In this document: one piece after another, positions 1 to 8,825 of the stretch
Layout of the letters: each line of letters begins with the position of its first letter
Position numbering within the stretch: the first letter of the stretch is position 1
Virus record (IMG/VR): IMGVR_UViG_3300031758_000060
DNA from: an uncultured virus (IMG/VR IMGVR_UViG_3300031758_000060)
Taxonomy: Duplodnaviria; Heunggongvirae; Uroviricota; Caudoviricetes
Direction: 5' to 3' (one strand)
Length of the DNA stretch: 20,000 nucleotides
The notes under the pieces: model-generated
Told to the model about the DNA's origin: nothing
Databases searched by the model: none
What the model saw: only the letters and a program-made list of their open reading frames with translations
Made by a program: the position numbers and the translations under genes

Positions 1-3000
1 ATCGTGGCGTTTGACCGCGCCAAGCAAGGCGCCATCAAGGCACTGAAAGACGAACTCGATGCCGAAGGCGCAGCCGTCATGGACTTGGGAGGCGGCGGCT
101 CTCAGGCTTCGGTTGACTCTGTGAACTTCACCTCGTTGATGCACAACGTCATCAACACGTTCTTGCTGGCGCTCAAAGCCGAGCAGGCGGCCAACGCAGC
201 GATCCAGGCGATCCGCGCCGGGGAGAAGCCGGTCATCACGGTGGCCAACACGCTGGAAGCCTTCATCGGCGAGTACGCCCGAGCCGAGGGGCTTGGTATC
301 GGCAGCAAGATCGACGCCTCGTTCGCCGACATCTTGACGCGCTACCTGGAGAAGACCCGCTACGTGCAGATTCAGCAGGGCGGCGGCGACAAGGTCAAGC
401 ATTACCTGACCGATCAGGAGCTTGGTGAGGACGGGGTGGACGCCTACACCGAGGCCCGCGACTTCATCGACGAACTGAAGCTGTCAGTACCGCTGTCGCC
501 AATCGACCGCATCAAGCAGTTGATCGAGGCGGCTGGGCACAGCATCGGCGAGATTACTGGCCGGCAGGCGATCGTTGACGAAAACGGCGTGCTGCGCAAG
601 CGGCCCAAGGCCGAGATGAACACGGCCGGCAAGAAGAACACGATCGCCAAGTTCAACGGCGGCCAGCTTGACGCCCTCATCATCAACCGCTCCGGCTCGA
701 CCGGGCTGTCGATGCACGCCTCGGAGACCTTCGCCGACCAACGGCGGCGGGTGATGGTGATCGCCCAGGCCGAACTGGACATCAACAACCACATGCAGAT
801 GCTCGGCCGGATCAACCGGACGGGGCAGGTAACAAAAGCGCCACCGCGGGAGCGCATCAGAAGTCTTGCATCCCACGCAAGAGCGTTGCAGCAGCGAGAA
901 GCAAAGAAGGCCGCGCTGCAAGCGTCTGCTGGAAAGCTGAAAAAAGGCAGGGCCGCGGCTCGGCTTTCAATGTACGAGGAGAAGGTAAAGAACAACCCGA
1001 TCTCTGTGTTTGCTGATGGCGATGGGCCAGCCACTTACGGCCTGCCGCGCTACGTGCAGATGACCGCCAACGTGCCGATCGAACTGCGGCCGGCAGCGGT
1101 GCTCACGAACAAGATGGCCAGCCTGAGCGCCAACACCACAGCCGGCCGGAAGTCTGCTGTCGAGGACAAGAGCGCGCCCGACTTCATGAACAAGTACGGC
1201 GATCGCGTGGCCGCCGAACTGGTGGGAACTGACTCGGCTCTCAACGAGCGCCTGGGTTACCCGGTAGGGGTGGACGATGACGGCACGGTAAGCGTTGTGG
1301 GCGCCATGGCCCGCGTCACCGGCCGCATCGGCCTGCTGCCGCTGAAGGAGCAGAGCGAACTCTACGACCAACTCAACGCGGCCTATGTCGAACTGCTGGC
1401 TCAGTTGGACGCCCTGGGTCAGAACGAACTGGAGGCCAAGACCTATCCGCTGGATGCGCAGACGCTGTCCACTCGTCAGGTCATCCCTGCCACGCCGGGG
1501 GTAAAGAGCCCGTTCACCGCGGCCGTCAATGCCGAACTCGTGGACGTGAAGAAGCTCGGCAAGCCCTGGCCTCGGTCTAGGGTTGAGGACATGGTGCGCG
1601 CCGTGTTGAGCGGCCAGGATCCGCGAGCCATTCGCCGCAAGAGAATCGACAATTTGACCAGGGAGATCGAGGCCGAGAAGGCGGCCAACCTGGAGAGCGC
1701 CGGCACGGACGCCGACAAGGTGGCCATGGCCGAGCGCGACAACGCGGCCCTGGATCGGGCGCTGACTCGGTTCACGACCATGCTGCCAGCCATTGGCACG
1801 CCTGTGAAACTGGAGACTGACAGCGGCAACCTCTACGGCATCGTCACCAACGTCGAGCGCAAGGGCAAGACCAAGTCGGCCGGCTCACTGAGCGCCTGGA
1901 AGATCAGGATCGCGGTGGTCGATGGCGCCCGCAGCATGACGTTCTCCATGACGCAGTTGGCCGCCACACCCGAAGAGCGTGCGCTGCGCCAGGACGGCGT
2001 CCAGATCAGCCCCGCCACCACCATGCCGGTCATCTCAAAGGACGGCAAGGGTGTCGATCAGGTGCCGATCCTGGAAGGCTTCGATCGCGGGCAGACGGAC
2101 GCCCGCGAAAAGCGGTGGATGATTTCCGGCAACGTCCTGCGCGGGCACGTCCAGTTCAAGGGCCGCATCCTCAACTACACCGACAAGAGCGGCAACATCC
2201 TGCAAGGGATCATGATGCCGGCCGGGTACGACCTGGAAGCGGCACTGCGCCGGATCCGGTCGTCTCTGACAGACCCGAAGAAGATCGCCGAACTGCTCGA
2301 CGCGGGCGGCGTCGTGGTGGACAAGGAGACGGGCGGCGACCGGGTCAAGCTCAAGCGCAGCGGCGGGGCCTACGTCATCGAGGTCAGCCGCTCCGGTGTG
2401 GGCAAGAAGATCTCCAAGGATCTCGGCCCGTACTTCTCATCGGTCAGCAACAAGATGCGCGCCGAGTTGTGGAAGAGCGACCAGACCGACGCCTTCCTTG
2501 AGGCTGTGGGCGGCATCATGAGCACGTTCAACGTGCCCCTGGTGGCCGATGAGGCGTCGGAGTCGATCCTGCGGGGGATGCAGGAGAGGCAGAGGCCGCC
2601 GAATCCGATGGACTTTGCGCGGCAGCCACCCATCCTCGATGTCACCGGCATCAAGGAGATGAAGGGGCGCCACCTTCAAGTCCAGGCCGCGGCTCGCCTG
2701 CTGGAACAGGGCAAGATCACCCGCAGCCAGTACGACGCCTACGTTGACTTCTACAAGCCCATCGAGTTGATCGAGCCTGACAAGCTGCTCGCGCCCACGT
2801 CGGACGAGAAGATGCAGCAGACGGTGGACGCGGGCAAGCGTGACAAGGTCAACGTGCCGGTGGCCGATGGCACCAAGGTCGGTCTTCGCATGGATCTGCC
2901 GGCTCGTGATCGCGGCGGCTCTGTGGTCTCGATCCACGAAGGCAACGCCGGCAGGGCTTCGGCCGGCAGGATCATCAGCTTCCGCAGCACCGGATGGCTG

Positions 3001-6000
3001 AAGAACGTCACGTTCGAGACGCGCAGTCAGACCAAGGGCCTGAAGATCGCCACAGGCGCGGCCAAGGAGCCGCTGCAGACGGTCGAGGGCACATGGTTCA
3101 ACCTGTCGCCCGAGGATGCGTTCGCCAGGGCCAAGGCGCTGATGAGCGACCCAGCCTGGAAGCAGATCGGGTTTGACCCAACACGGCACGGCTACTTCTA
3201 CGACAGGGCCACAAGGCAGCCTGTTGTGGCCGCTGACGAGGTCTACCAGATCGGTCAGTTCCTCATCGCCAAGAACGCCCAGTTCGCGCCTCGGGAGTCG
3301 TTCCTGTACGCGCCGCCGCCAGACATCCAATCCCCCTCCCTGGCCTTCAGCGAAACGCTGGAGTCGGTGCGGGCCGACGCGCTGCCCACGCTCACGAGCC
3401 TGGAGAAGAAGCGTGACGCGGGCAAGATCACCGAGTCCGAGTACCGCCTGGGCGTGCAGCAGTTGATCGGCCGGATGCAGCGGCGCAACGAAGAGCGCAC
3501 CTACCGCAGGGTGGTCAGCGGGCGCAAGCGCGGCACCGACTGGATCATCGCCAAGATGCGCACCGGGGTCTCGCAGGGCACCGTGACGAAGGAGGCCGCG
3601 GACTTCGCACAGTGGCTGCTCGATCAGAACCCGCACATGGGCGATGGCCTGGGGATCAGCATCAAGAGCGCCGAGAAGGACCGCACGGCAGCCGGCCAGT
3701 ACGACTACGTCAGCAAAGTATTCACGCTGGTCACGGGCAGGATGAGCGACACCACAGCCGTTCACGAGGTCTTGCACCACGCCGAGCGGATGATGCCGAT
3801 CGAGGTGCAGGACGGCGTGCTCAAGGAGTGGATCCGCGCTTGGGATGCAGCCTACAAGAACGGCACCCCAGAGATGCGCAAAGCCCTGAATGACATGCTG
3901 CACTCCGGGCTGTTCGGCGACAAGGCGGCGGGCGATCGTCTGCGTGATGCCTATTCCCGCGGGGTGTGGAACTACGACGACCACTACCAGTTGTTCAGCC
4001 CTTCAGAGTTCTGGGCGGTCAACGCCACGCGCATCCTGTCGGGGCGGTATGCGGCCAAGGGCTCGTGGGTTAAGCGTGCGATCCAGTGGATGAGGGAGTT
4101 CATCCAACGGATCAAGGCTGTCTTCGGCCTGCGCTCCGACGCGCCGATCATCGAGGGCCTGAACGCCGTCATGGAGGGCAACGGCACGTTCCTGTCGCGG
4201 CAGATGTTGTCGGAGCAGGCGGTGCTGGAGGTTGCCGAGCGCACGCGCCGCGCCCCGCAACCCGCAGCGCCCACATTCAACGACATCCCGCGCAACATCA
4301 CCAACGGCCTGCTGCAACACTTTGGCCGCAACGACAAGCCCAAGTTCAAGACCTTCGGCCTGTACCACAAGACGCTCTCGACCCAGTTCAACAAGGCGCT
4401 GAAGGACCGGGAGTTCGGCAAGGTGTTCGCCTACGCCAACGCGATGCAGAACCAAGTGTCTCTGTCATCCCTGCGGCCGGCCGAGATGGCCCCAAACCTG
4501 CTGCCGCGAGTGGACGACATCGTCTCTGCAGCGCGCACCCTGGCCAAGGGCCGGGTCGATGATGCCGACATGCAGGGCGCGGCCAATGCGCTGTTCGCCG
4601 GAACCCTGGACGGGAACTCGGTGCTGGAGGGCAAGACGTGGTCCGACGATGAGTTGCGCACCCGGTTCGACCTGAGCGACCGGGGCATCCGCTTCTACAA
4701 CGAGGCGCGTGCAGCGATCGACGTCAGCCTGGACGAGATGGCGTCTGCAGAAGCGTACTCGCTGGCGCAGGGCTTCGTGTCCAAGGACGTGCGCCGGCAG
4801 ATCATCGACGATCCGCAGAGCGCGCAGAGCATCATTGCGGCCCAACTGAACCGGTTGCTCAAGACCCTGGAGACGTCCATCGCCAGGGCCGAAGAACTCG
4901 GCGCCCTGGATCGCAAGGCCGACCTTGAAGCATCGCGTGACAGCTACCTGCAGACGCAGCGCCGGATCGAGACGGTGTTCAACCTGAGCCGTGCGCTCAA
5001 GAACGCCGGCTACGCTCCGCTGATGCGCTTCGGGCAGTACACGGTCCAGGTCGAGATCATCGACCCGGATTCGGGCAAGGTTGTGCGCGACGACGACGGC
5101 AGCCCCGCAACGCTGTCGTTCGAGCGTTTCGAGACTGAGGCTGAGGCCCAGGAGGCCTACGCCCGGGCCATGCTGATGTACGAAGGCCAGCCCGAGGTAC
5201 GCATCCGCAAGGGCACCGAAAGCGAACTCAAGCACGAGATGTACGCCGGCATCTCGCCGGAGACGCTGGCGCTGTTTGCCGAGGCTGTTGGGGCCAAGGA
5301 GGTGATGCGGACTTACTACCAGCAGGCGGTGTCGGAGCGGTCTGCGCTCAAGCGCCGGCTGCAGCGCAAGGGCGTGCCCGGGTACTCCAAGGACATGCCG
5401 CGGGTGCTGTCCAACTTCATCACCAGCAACGGCCGGTACGCGGCGCAGCGGTACTACCTGCGCGACCTGACCAACGCAGTGAAGTACATCCCGGCCGAGA
5501 AGGGTGACGTCAAGGACGAGGCGATCAAGCTGCAGCAGTTCGTCATGAACCCCAACGACCCGGCCGCCCCGGTGTCGGCTGTGATGTTCGCTTGGTTCCT
5601 GGGCGGCTCGGTGGCGGCCATGGTCGTCAACCTGTCGCAGCCGTTCATGGTCACGGCTCCGTACCTGACCAAGTTCGGTAGCACTGCTCAGGTCACCGAG
5701 TTCATGGGCAAGGCGATGCCCTACGCCATGGGGCGCAAGGAGATCAAGGACGACGGCCTGAAGCGGGCGCTCAAGCGCGCCAGCCAGGAGGGCATCGTTG
5801 ACGCCCAGGAGATCTTCCACCTCTACAGCCTGGGCGCGCAGAGCATCGCAGCCAAACTGGTGTCGGCGCTCGGTCGGATCCCTGGCAGCAGAGACAGGAT
5901 CAAGGCCGGCAGTGAGAGCGCCAGGGCGCGGATCAACGCCTTCCTGACGCTGTGGGGTTCGATGTTCTCCATGGCCGAGCGGTTCAACCGCAAGATCACG

Positions 6001-7077
6001 TTCATCGCCGCCTACAACCTCGCCGAGGCCAACGGAGACGTCAGCCCCTACGCTTTCGCGGTGCGAGCGGTCAACGAGACCCAGGGCATCTACAACAAGG
6101 TCAACCGCCCGAACTGGGCCCGTGGCTCCATCGGCCGGGTGCTGCTGACGTTCAAGCAGTACCCGATCATGATCGTGGAGTTGGTCAACCGCATGTGGCG
6201 TTACGGCGGGCCGGAGGGCAAGCGGGCGGCGCTCATCATGCTGGCCGTGTTGGTTCTCATGTCGGGGCAGGAAGGTCTGCCGTTCGCGCAAGACCTGGAC
6301 GACATCATCGACACGATCGGGCAGCAGATCTTCGGCCGCGACACCAACATGAAGCGGATCAAGCGCGAGGTGGCCTACGACATCCTGGGCAAGTCTCTGG
6401 GCGACTTGTTCCTGTACGGGATCTCATCCCACTTCTCGCTGGACTTCTCTGGCCGCTTCAGCCTGGGCAACCTCATCCCCGGCACGGCCATGTTCAAGAA
6501 GTCGAGCGCCGAGTCCACTGGGCGCGAGATCGCGGAAGCGGCTGGCCCCGCTGGCGGCCTCATCACCCAGGCCATGGACGCCTTCGAGGCTTGGAGTGCG
6601 GAGAACTACGGCAAGGCCGTGGAGAACCTGTCGCCCAAGGCGGTCAAGGATCTCATCGCGTCGGCGCAGATGGCCAAGACCGGCTACGCGGTGGACCGGG
6701 CAGGGCGCCGGGTGGTGGACACCACGCTGGGCGACGCGGCCATCAAGGCGGTCGGATTCAACCCGACGGTGGTGGCCGAGGTCACTCGCAAGACCATGCC
6801 CGTGCAGCAGGACATCGCCCTGCAGCGCAACGTCGAAGCCTCGATCGTCGATCAGTGGGTGCGAGGCATCGTTCAAGGCGACGAGGCCATGATCCAGGCC
6901 GCCATCAAGCGGCGCGACGACTGGAACACCAAGAACCCGAACACGCCGATCGTGATCGGCCCGCAGCAGATCAGGAGCAGGGTCAAGAATCGCAACCTGG
7001 ACAAGGAGACCCGAATCATCAAGGGCGCACCGAGGGAGATGCGCGGCCGGGTGGCATCAGATGTCGCGGGGGAGTAG
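1..7077 (+). CDS. Giant polyvalent / DarB-like internal virion protein, 5'-truncated by the window: strawberry-notch-type SF2 helicase C-terminal domain, uncharacterised middle domains, HExxH metallopeptidase-like domain, PLxRFG domain and helical C-terminus
   Basis: Frame is open from base 1 to TAG at 7077, with strong GC3 codon bias. Helicase-C motifs GEITGR, DALIINRSGSTGLSMHA and QMLGRINRTGQ are present. HEVLHH is at 3763-3780 with downstream SEFWA, and PLMRFG is at 5017-5034. Confidence 0.85.
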   Translation: MVAFDRAKQGAIKALKDELDAEGAAVMDLGGGGSQASVDSVNFTSLMHNVINTFLLALKAEQAANAAIQAIRAGEKPVITVANTLEAFIGEYARAEGLGIGSKIDASFADILTRYLEKTRYVQIQQGGGDKVKHYLTDQELGEDGVDAYTEARDFIDELKLSVPLSPIDRIKQLIEAAGHSIGEITGRQAIVDENGVLRKRPKAEMNTAGKKNTIAKFNGGQLDALIINRSGSTGLSMHASETFADQRRRVMVIAQAELDINNHMQMLGRINRTGQVTKAPPRERIRSLASHARALQQREAKKAALQASAGKLKKGRAAARLSMYEEKVKNNPISVFADGDGPATYGLPRYVQMTANVPIELRPAAVLTNKMASLSANTTAGRKSAVEDKSAPDFMNKYGDRVAAELVGTDSALNERLGYPVGVDDDGTVSVVGAMARVTGRIGLLPLKEQSELYDQLNAAYVELLAQLDALGQNELEAKTYPLDAQTLSTRQVIPATPGVKSPFTAAVNAELVDVKKLGKPWPRSRVEDMVRAVLSGQDPRAIRRKRIDNLTREIEAEKAANLESAGTDADKVAMAERDNAALDRALTRFTTMLPAIGTPVKLETDSGNLYGIVTNVERKGKTKSAGSLSAWKIRIAVVDGARSMTFSMTQLAATPEERALRQDGVQISPATTMPVISKDGKGVDQVPILEGFDRGQTDAREKRWMISGNVLRGHVQFKGRILNYTDKSGNILQGIMMPAGYDLEAALRRIRSSLTDPKKIAELLDAGGVVVDKETGGDRVKLKRSGGAYVIEVSRSGVGKKISKDLGPYFSSVSNKMRAELWKSDQTDAFLEAVGGIMSTFNVPLVADEASESILRGMQERQRPPNPMDFARQPPILDVTGIKEMKGRHLQVQAAARLLEQGKITRSQYDAYVDFYKPIELIEPDKLLAPTSDEKMQQTVDAGKRDKVNVPVADGTKVGLRMDLPARDRGGSVVSIHEGNAGRASAGRIISFRSTGWLKNVTFETRSQTKGLKIATGAAKEPLQTVEGTWFNLSPEDAFARAKALMSDPAWKQIGFDPTRHGYFYDRATRQPVVAADEVYQIGQFLIAKNAQFAPRESFLYAPPPDIQSPSLAFSETLESVRADALPTLTSLEKKRDAGKITESEYRLGVQQLIGRMQRRNEERTYRRVVSGRKRGTDWIIAKMRTGVSQGTVTKEAADFAQWLLDQNPHMGDGLGISIKSAEKDRTAAGQYDYVSKVFTLVTGRMSDTTAVHEVLHHAERMMPIEVQDGVLKEWIRAWDAAYKNGTPEMRKALNDMLHSGLFGDKAAGDRLRDAYSRGVWNYDDHYQLFSPSEFWAVNATRILSGRYAAKGSWVKRAIQWMREFIQRIKAVFGLRSDAPIIEGLNAVMEGNGTFLSRQMLSEQAVLEVAERTRRAPQPAAPTFNDIPRNITNGLLQHFGRNDKPKFKTFGLYHKTLSTQFNKALKDREFGKVFAYANAMQNQVSLSSLRPAEMAPNLLPRVDDIVSAARTLAKGRVDDADMQGAANALFAGTLDGNSVLEGKTWSDDELRTRFDLSDRGIRFYNEARAAIDVSLDEMASAEAYSLAQGFVSKDVRRQIIDDPQSAQSIIAAQLNRLLKTLETSIARAEELGALDRKADLEASRDSYLQTQRRIETVFNLSRALKNAGYAPLMRFGQYTVQVEIIDPDSGKVVRDDDGSPATLSFERFETEAEAQEAYARAMLMYEGQPEVRIRKGTESELKHEMYAGISPETLALFAEAVGAKEVMRTYYQQAVSERSALKRRLQRKGVPGYSKDMPRVLSNFITSNGRYAAQRYYLRDLTNAVKYIPAEKGDVKDEAIKLQQFVMNPNDPAAPVSAVMFAWFLGGSVAAMVVNLSQPFMVTAPYLTKFGSTAQVTEFMGKAMPYAMGRKEIKDDGLKRALKRASQEGIVDAQEIFHLYSLGAQSIAAKLVSALGRIPGSRDRIKAGSESARARINAFLTLWGSMFSMAERFNRKITFIAAYNLAEANGDVSPYAFAVRAVNETQGIYNKVNRPNWARGSIGRVLLTFKQYPIMIVELVNRMWRYGGPEGKRAALIMLAVLVLMSGQEGLPFAQDLDDIIDTIGQQIFGRDTNMKRIKREVAYDILGKSLGDLFLYGISSHFSLDFSGRFSLGNLIPGTAMFKKSSAESTGREIAEAAGPAGGLITQAMDAFEAWSAENYGKAVENLSPKAVKDLIASAQMAKTGYAVDRAGRRVVDTTLGDAAIKAVGFNPTVVAEVTRKTMPVQQDIALQRNVEASIVDQWVRGIVQGDEAMIQAAIKRRDDWNTKNPNTPIVIGPQQIRSRVKNRNLDKETRIIKGAPREMRGRVASDVAGE

Positions 7078-7239
7078 GTGGTGCAGGGCGTCGTGAAGTG
7101 AGTCGTTGTGTCGCCGAATGGCGACGTAATGCGTCAGCAAGTGCGCCTGTACGGCACGCATTGTGTTCAGTTCCTCGATGGCCGCTTCAACCTCGGGGTG
7201 AGTTGTCTCGTTCAGAACTTTCTCAAGCGCCTGTCCCAT
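7057..7239 (-). CDS. Hypothetical 60-aa helical protein (MGQALEKVLNETTHPEVEAAIEELNTM...)
   Basis: ATG at 7239 is preceded by AAGGAAGAG. The ORF fills the gap between the giant gene and attP and overlaps the giant gene tail-to-tail by 21 nt. Confidence 0.55.
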   Translation of the reverse strand: MGQALEKVLNETTHPEVEAAIEELNTMRAVQAHLLTHYVAIRRHNDSLHDALHHLLPRDI

Positions 7240-7321
7240 GACTCTTCCTTTGATTCCAGTCCGTCCAGGATCACGAAGCGTGCCAGAAACGTGGGTCACA
7301 GGAGGGCGGGGCACGCTGTCG

Positions 7322-7483
7322 ATTCAAGGGCTTGCGACGTCCTATCGGTGTCCACCGTGACCCACTGGACAAACCGCAAGATCCTGAAACGATGGGCCGT
7401 TCTGTCCAGCAGAGTGTCAGGCTACGAACCAGGGGGTCGTGGGTTCAAATCCTGCCGGGCGCGCCACTATTCAAGGACTTGCG
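7322..7483 (+). promoter_or_regulatory. Two IHF-like binding sites flanking the att core
   Basis: ATTCAAGGGCTTGCG (7322-7336) and ATTCAAGGACTTGCG (7469-7483) are 14/15 identical. Each has one mismatch to the WATCAANNNNTTR consensus. Confidence 0.65.
7420..7466 (+). pseudogene. 3' half of tRNA-Arg(ACG) forming the att core
   Basis: GGCTACGAACCAGGGGGTCGTGGGTTCAAATCCTGCCGGGCGCGCCA contains the anticodon loop CTACGAA (ACG at 7424-7426), a T-arm with GGTTCAAATCC, the acceptor 3' strand and CCA. No matching 5' acceptor strand or D-arm lies upstream. Confidence 0.9.
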
Positions 7484-7503
7484 GGCCTCCACAAGGGGCC
7501 CGT
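7481..7503. terminator. GC-rich hairpin between the tRNA 3' end and the integrase stop
   Basis: GCGGGCCTC-CACAA-GGGGCCCGT forms a stem with G-U pairs. There is no clear U-tract. Confidence 0.45.
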
Positions 7504-7525
7504 GGGTCACAGGCCTGGGAATGGG

Positions 7526-8641
7526 TCACACGCGCTCTGCTTTGCGCCTGTAGACCCGCTGCGTGGTGCTCTGGTCGGCGTGCTGCAGCAGCGCCCTGGC
7601 GCGCTCCAGGCTCTCCGCGTCAGACCCAACCTTGGCCCGCAGGTCGTGCTCGGTGAATCGCTCGCGCACGGAGGTCTCGCGCAGCACACGGTCCATGAAC
7701 CGCTGCCACATCGAATCCCAGCCGTGGCTCTGCCCCGTCTTCTCGTCGATGTAGCCCTCGCCGCGGCCGTTGCAGAACAAGAACGGTGACAGGCACGGGC
7801 GAGCCTTGACGGCCTGCTCCACGGCATCTCTGCGCTCGGGCACCATCTCGTAGGTGTAGATGGTGGCCTTGCCGGTGGTGGCCTGGGTCTTGTGGCGCGT
7901 GACGTGGATGCCATCGTCGCGCAGATGCTCCCCGGCGCGCAGCCGCAGCAGGTCAGACCTGGCCATCCCCGTCAGCAGCTTCAGCCGGATGTAGGCCTGG
8001 ATCATGAGGACCGAGCCCTTCTTGCGGCGCGAGTCCAGCGACAGGCACTCCAGCACCTCCCAGTCTTCGACGTAGCGCGTGCGCGGGCGCAGGGCCAGAT
8101 CGCCGTCCAGGCGCACTTGATCGCGGAACGGGTGGCGGTCGATCTCGCCCCACTGCACGGCCTTGGTGAAGGCGTGCGACAGCACCTCGATCTCCCGGTG
8201 AGCGGCGGTGAGCGCCGGCACCTCGACCTCGACGCCGTCGCGCATGACCTTCTTCTTGCGGCGCGAGACGTAGCCGTAGACGTGGGCCGGCTTGACTGCG
8301 GCCAGGGGCATCTTGCCGAACACGGCTCGCAGCAGCCGGATGTAGCGCAACTCGTTGGCCTGGGTCTTGGGCGGCTTGGCCGGTGTCACCTCCAGGCTGT
8401 AGCGGTCCAGGAGGTCGTCAACGGTGCGCAGGCTCTCCACGGCCCCTATGCGGGCCGCGTAGGCCGCGTGGGCCTCGTGTAGGGCCTTGCCCAGCCAAAA
8501 GCGTTTCTTGCCGTCCCAGGCCCCTTCCAGGCCCGGGGGCACCCGGTAGTAGTAGGCGCCGTTGTGCCACTGCCAGCGGGCCGGCAGGCCCTTGTTCTCC
8601 GGCCGGCGTTGCCTACGTGAGCGCAGACCAGTCTGGCTCAT
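7526..8641 (-). CDS. int: Tyrosine integrase (371 aa)
   Basis: Catalytic motifs LTGMARSDLL (R), HKT (K), FTEHDLRAK (HxxR) and LLQHAD...TTQRVY (H, Y). It has an N-terminal arm-binding-like region and sits next to attP. Confidence 0.95.
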   Translation of the reverse strand: MSQTGLRSRRQRRPENKGLPARWQWHNGAYYYRVPPGLEGAWDGKKRFWLGKALHEAHAAYAARIGAVESLRTVDDLLDRYSLEVTPAKPPKTQANELRYIRLLRAVFGKMPLAAVKPAHVYGYVSRRKKKVMRDGVEVEVPALTAAHREIEVLSHAFTKAVQWGEIDRHPFRDQVRLDGDLALRPRTRYVEDWEVLECLSLDSRRKKGSVLMIQAYIRLKLLTGMARSDLLRLRAGEHLRDDGIHVTRHKTQATTGKATIYTYEMVPERRDAVEQAVKARPCLSPFLFCNGRGEGYIDEKTGQSHGWDSMWQRFMDRVLRETSVRERFTEHDLRAKVGSDAESLERARALLQHADQSTTQRVYRRKAERV

Positions 8642-8825
8642 GCGTCGTCCCCTGTCGTTGTGGTGTCACGCCCAGGACATTCTGAACGTGCTCGCGCAGA
8701 ACGGCAATGCTGCCGTCAGGACGGACGCGGTGCTCGATGCCCATCCACTTGAGGGCGCGAAGCTGGGCCGGCCTGCGCTGCCGGCCGGTGAGTTGCTGGA
8801 TCTCCTGCTCTGTCAGGATCAGCAT
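8613..8825 (-). CDS. xis: Excisionase-like DUF4224 protein (70 aa)
   Basis: MLILTEQEIQQLTGRQRRPAQLRALKWMGIEHRVRPDGSIAV...EPDWSAL matches the DUF4224 pattern. It overlaps the integrase start and is TGATG-coupled to the upstream gene. Confidence 0.8.
   Translation of the reverse strand: MLILTEQEIQQLTGRQRRPAQLRALKWMGIEHRVRPDGSIAVLREHVQNVLGVTPQRQGTTHEPDWSALT

Larger units (their letters stand above)
7290..7530. mobile_element. attP: Phage attachment site attP (core plus arms)
   Basis: A tRNA 3' half is flanked by repeated TGGGTCAC sites and IHF-like sites. It lies directly downstream of the integrase, with phage genes on both sides. Confidence 0.85.
7290..7530. repeat. Putative integrase arm-type sites, consensus (G)TGGGTCAC(A), four copies
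   Basis: CGTGGGTCACAGG occurs identically at 7290-7302 and 7501-7513. TGGGTCACA is at 7522-7530, and an inverted copy GTGACCCAC is at 7357-7365. Confidence 0.8.

Noticed and set aside
826..1041. Intein or spliceosomal-type intron (CAG|GTAACA) at the helicase insert
   Set aside because: There are no intein terminal residues, the context is prokaryotic, and the frame stays open. Kept only as an in-frame insert.
2437..6291. Long minus-strand ORFs (515 aa, 608 aa and others) and the 429-aa alternative-frame ORF starting at 5952
   Set aside because: These are shadow ORFs caused by high-GC codon bias of the giant gene, with no recognisable motifs.
7391..7466. Complete tRNA-Arg gene
   Set aside because: No 5' acceptor strand complementary to CGGGCGC, no D-stem, and a mismatched anticodon stem. 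Only the 3' half is intact.
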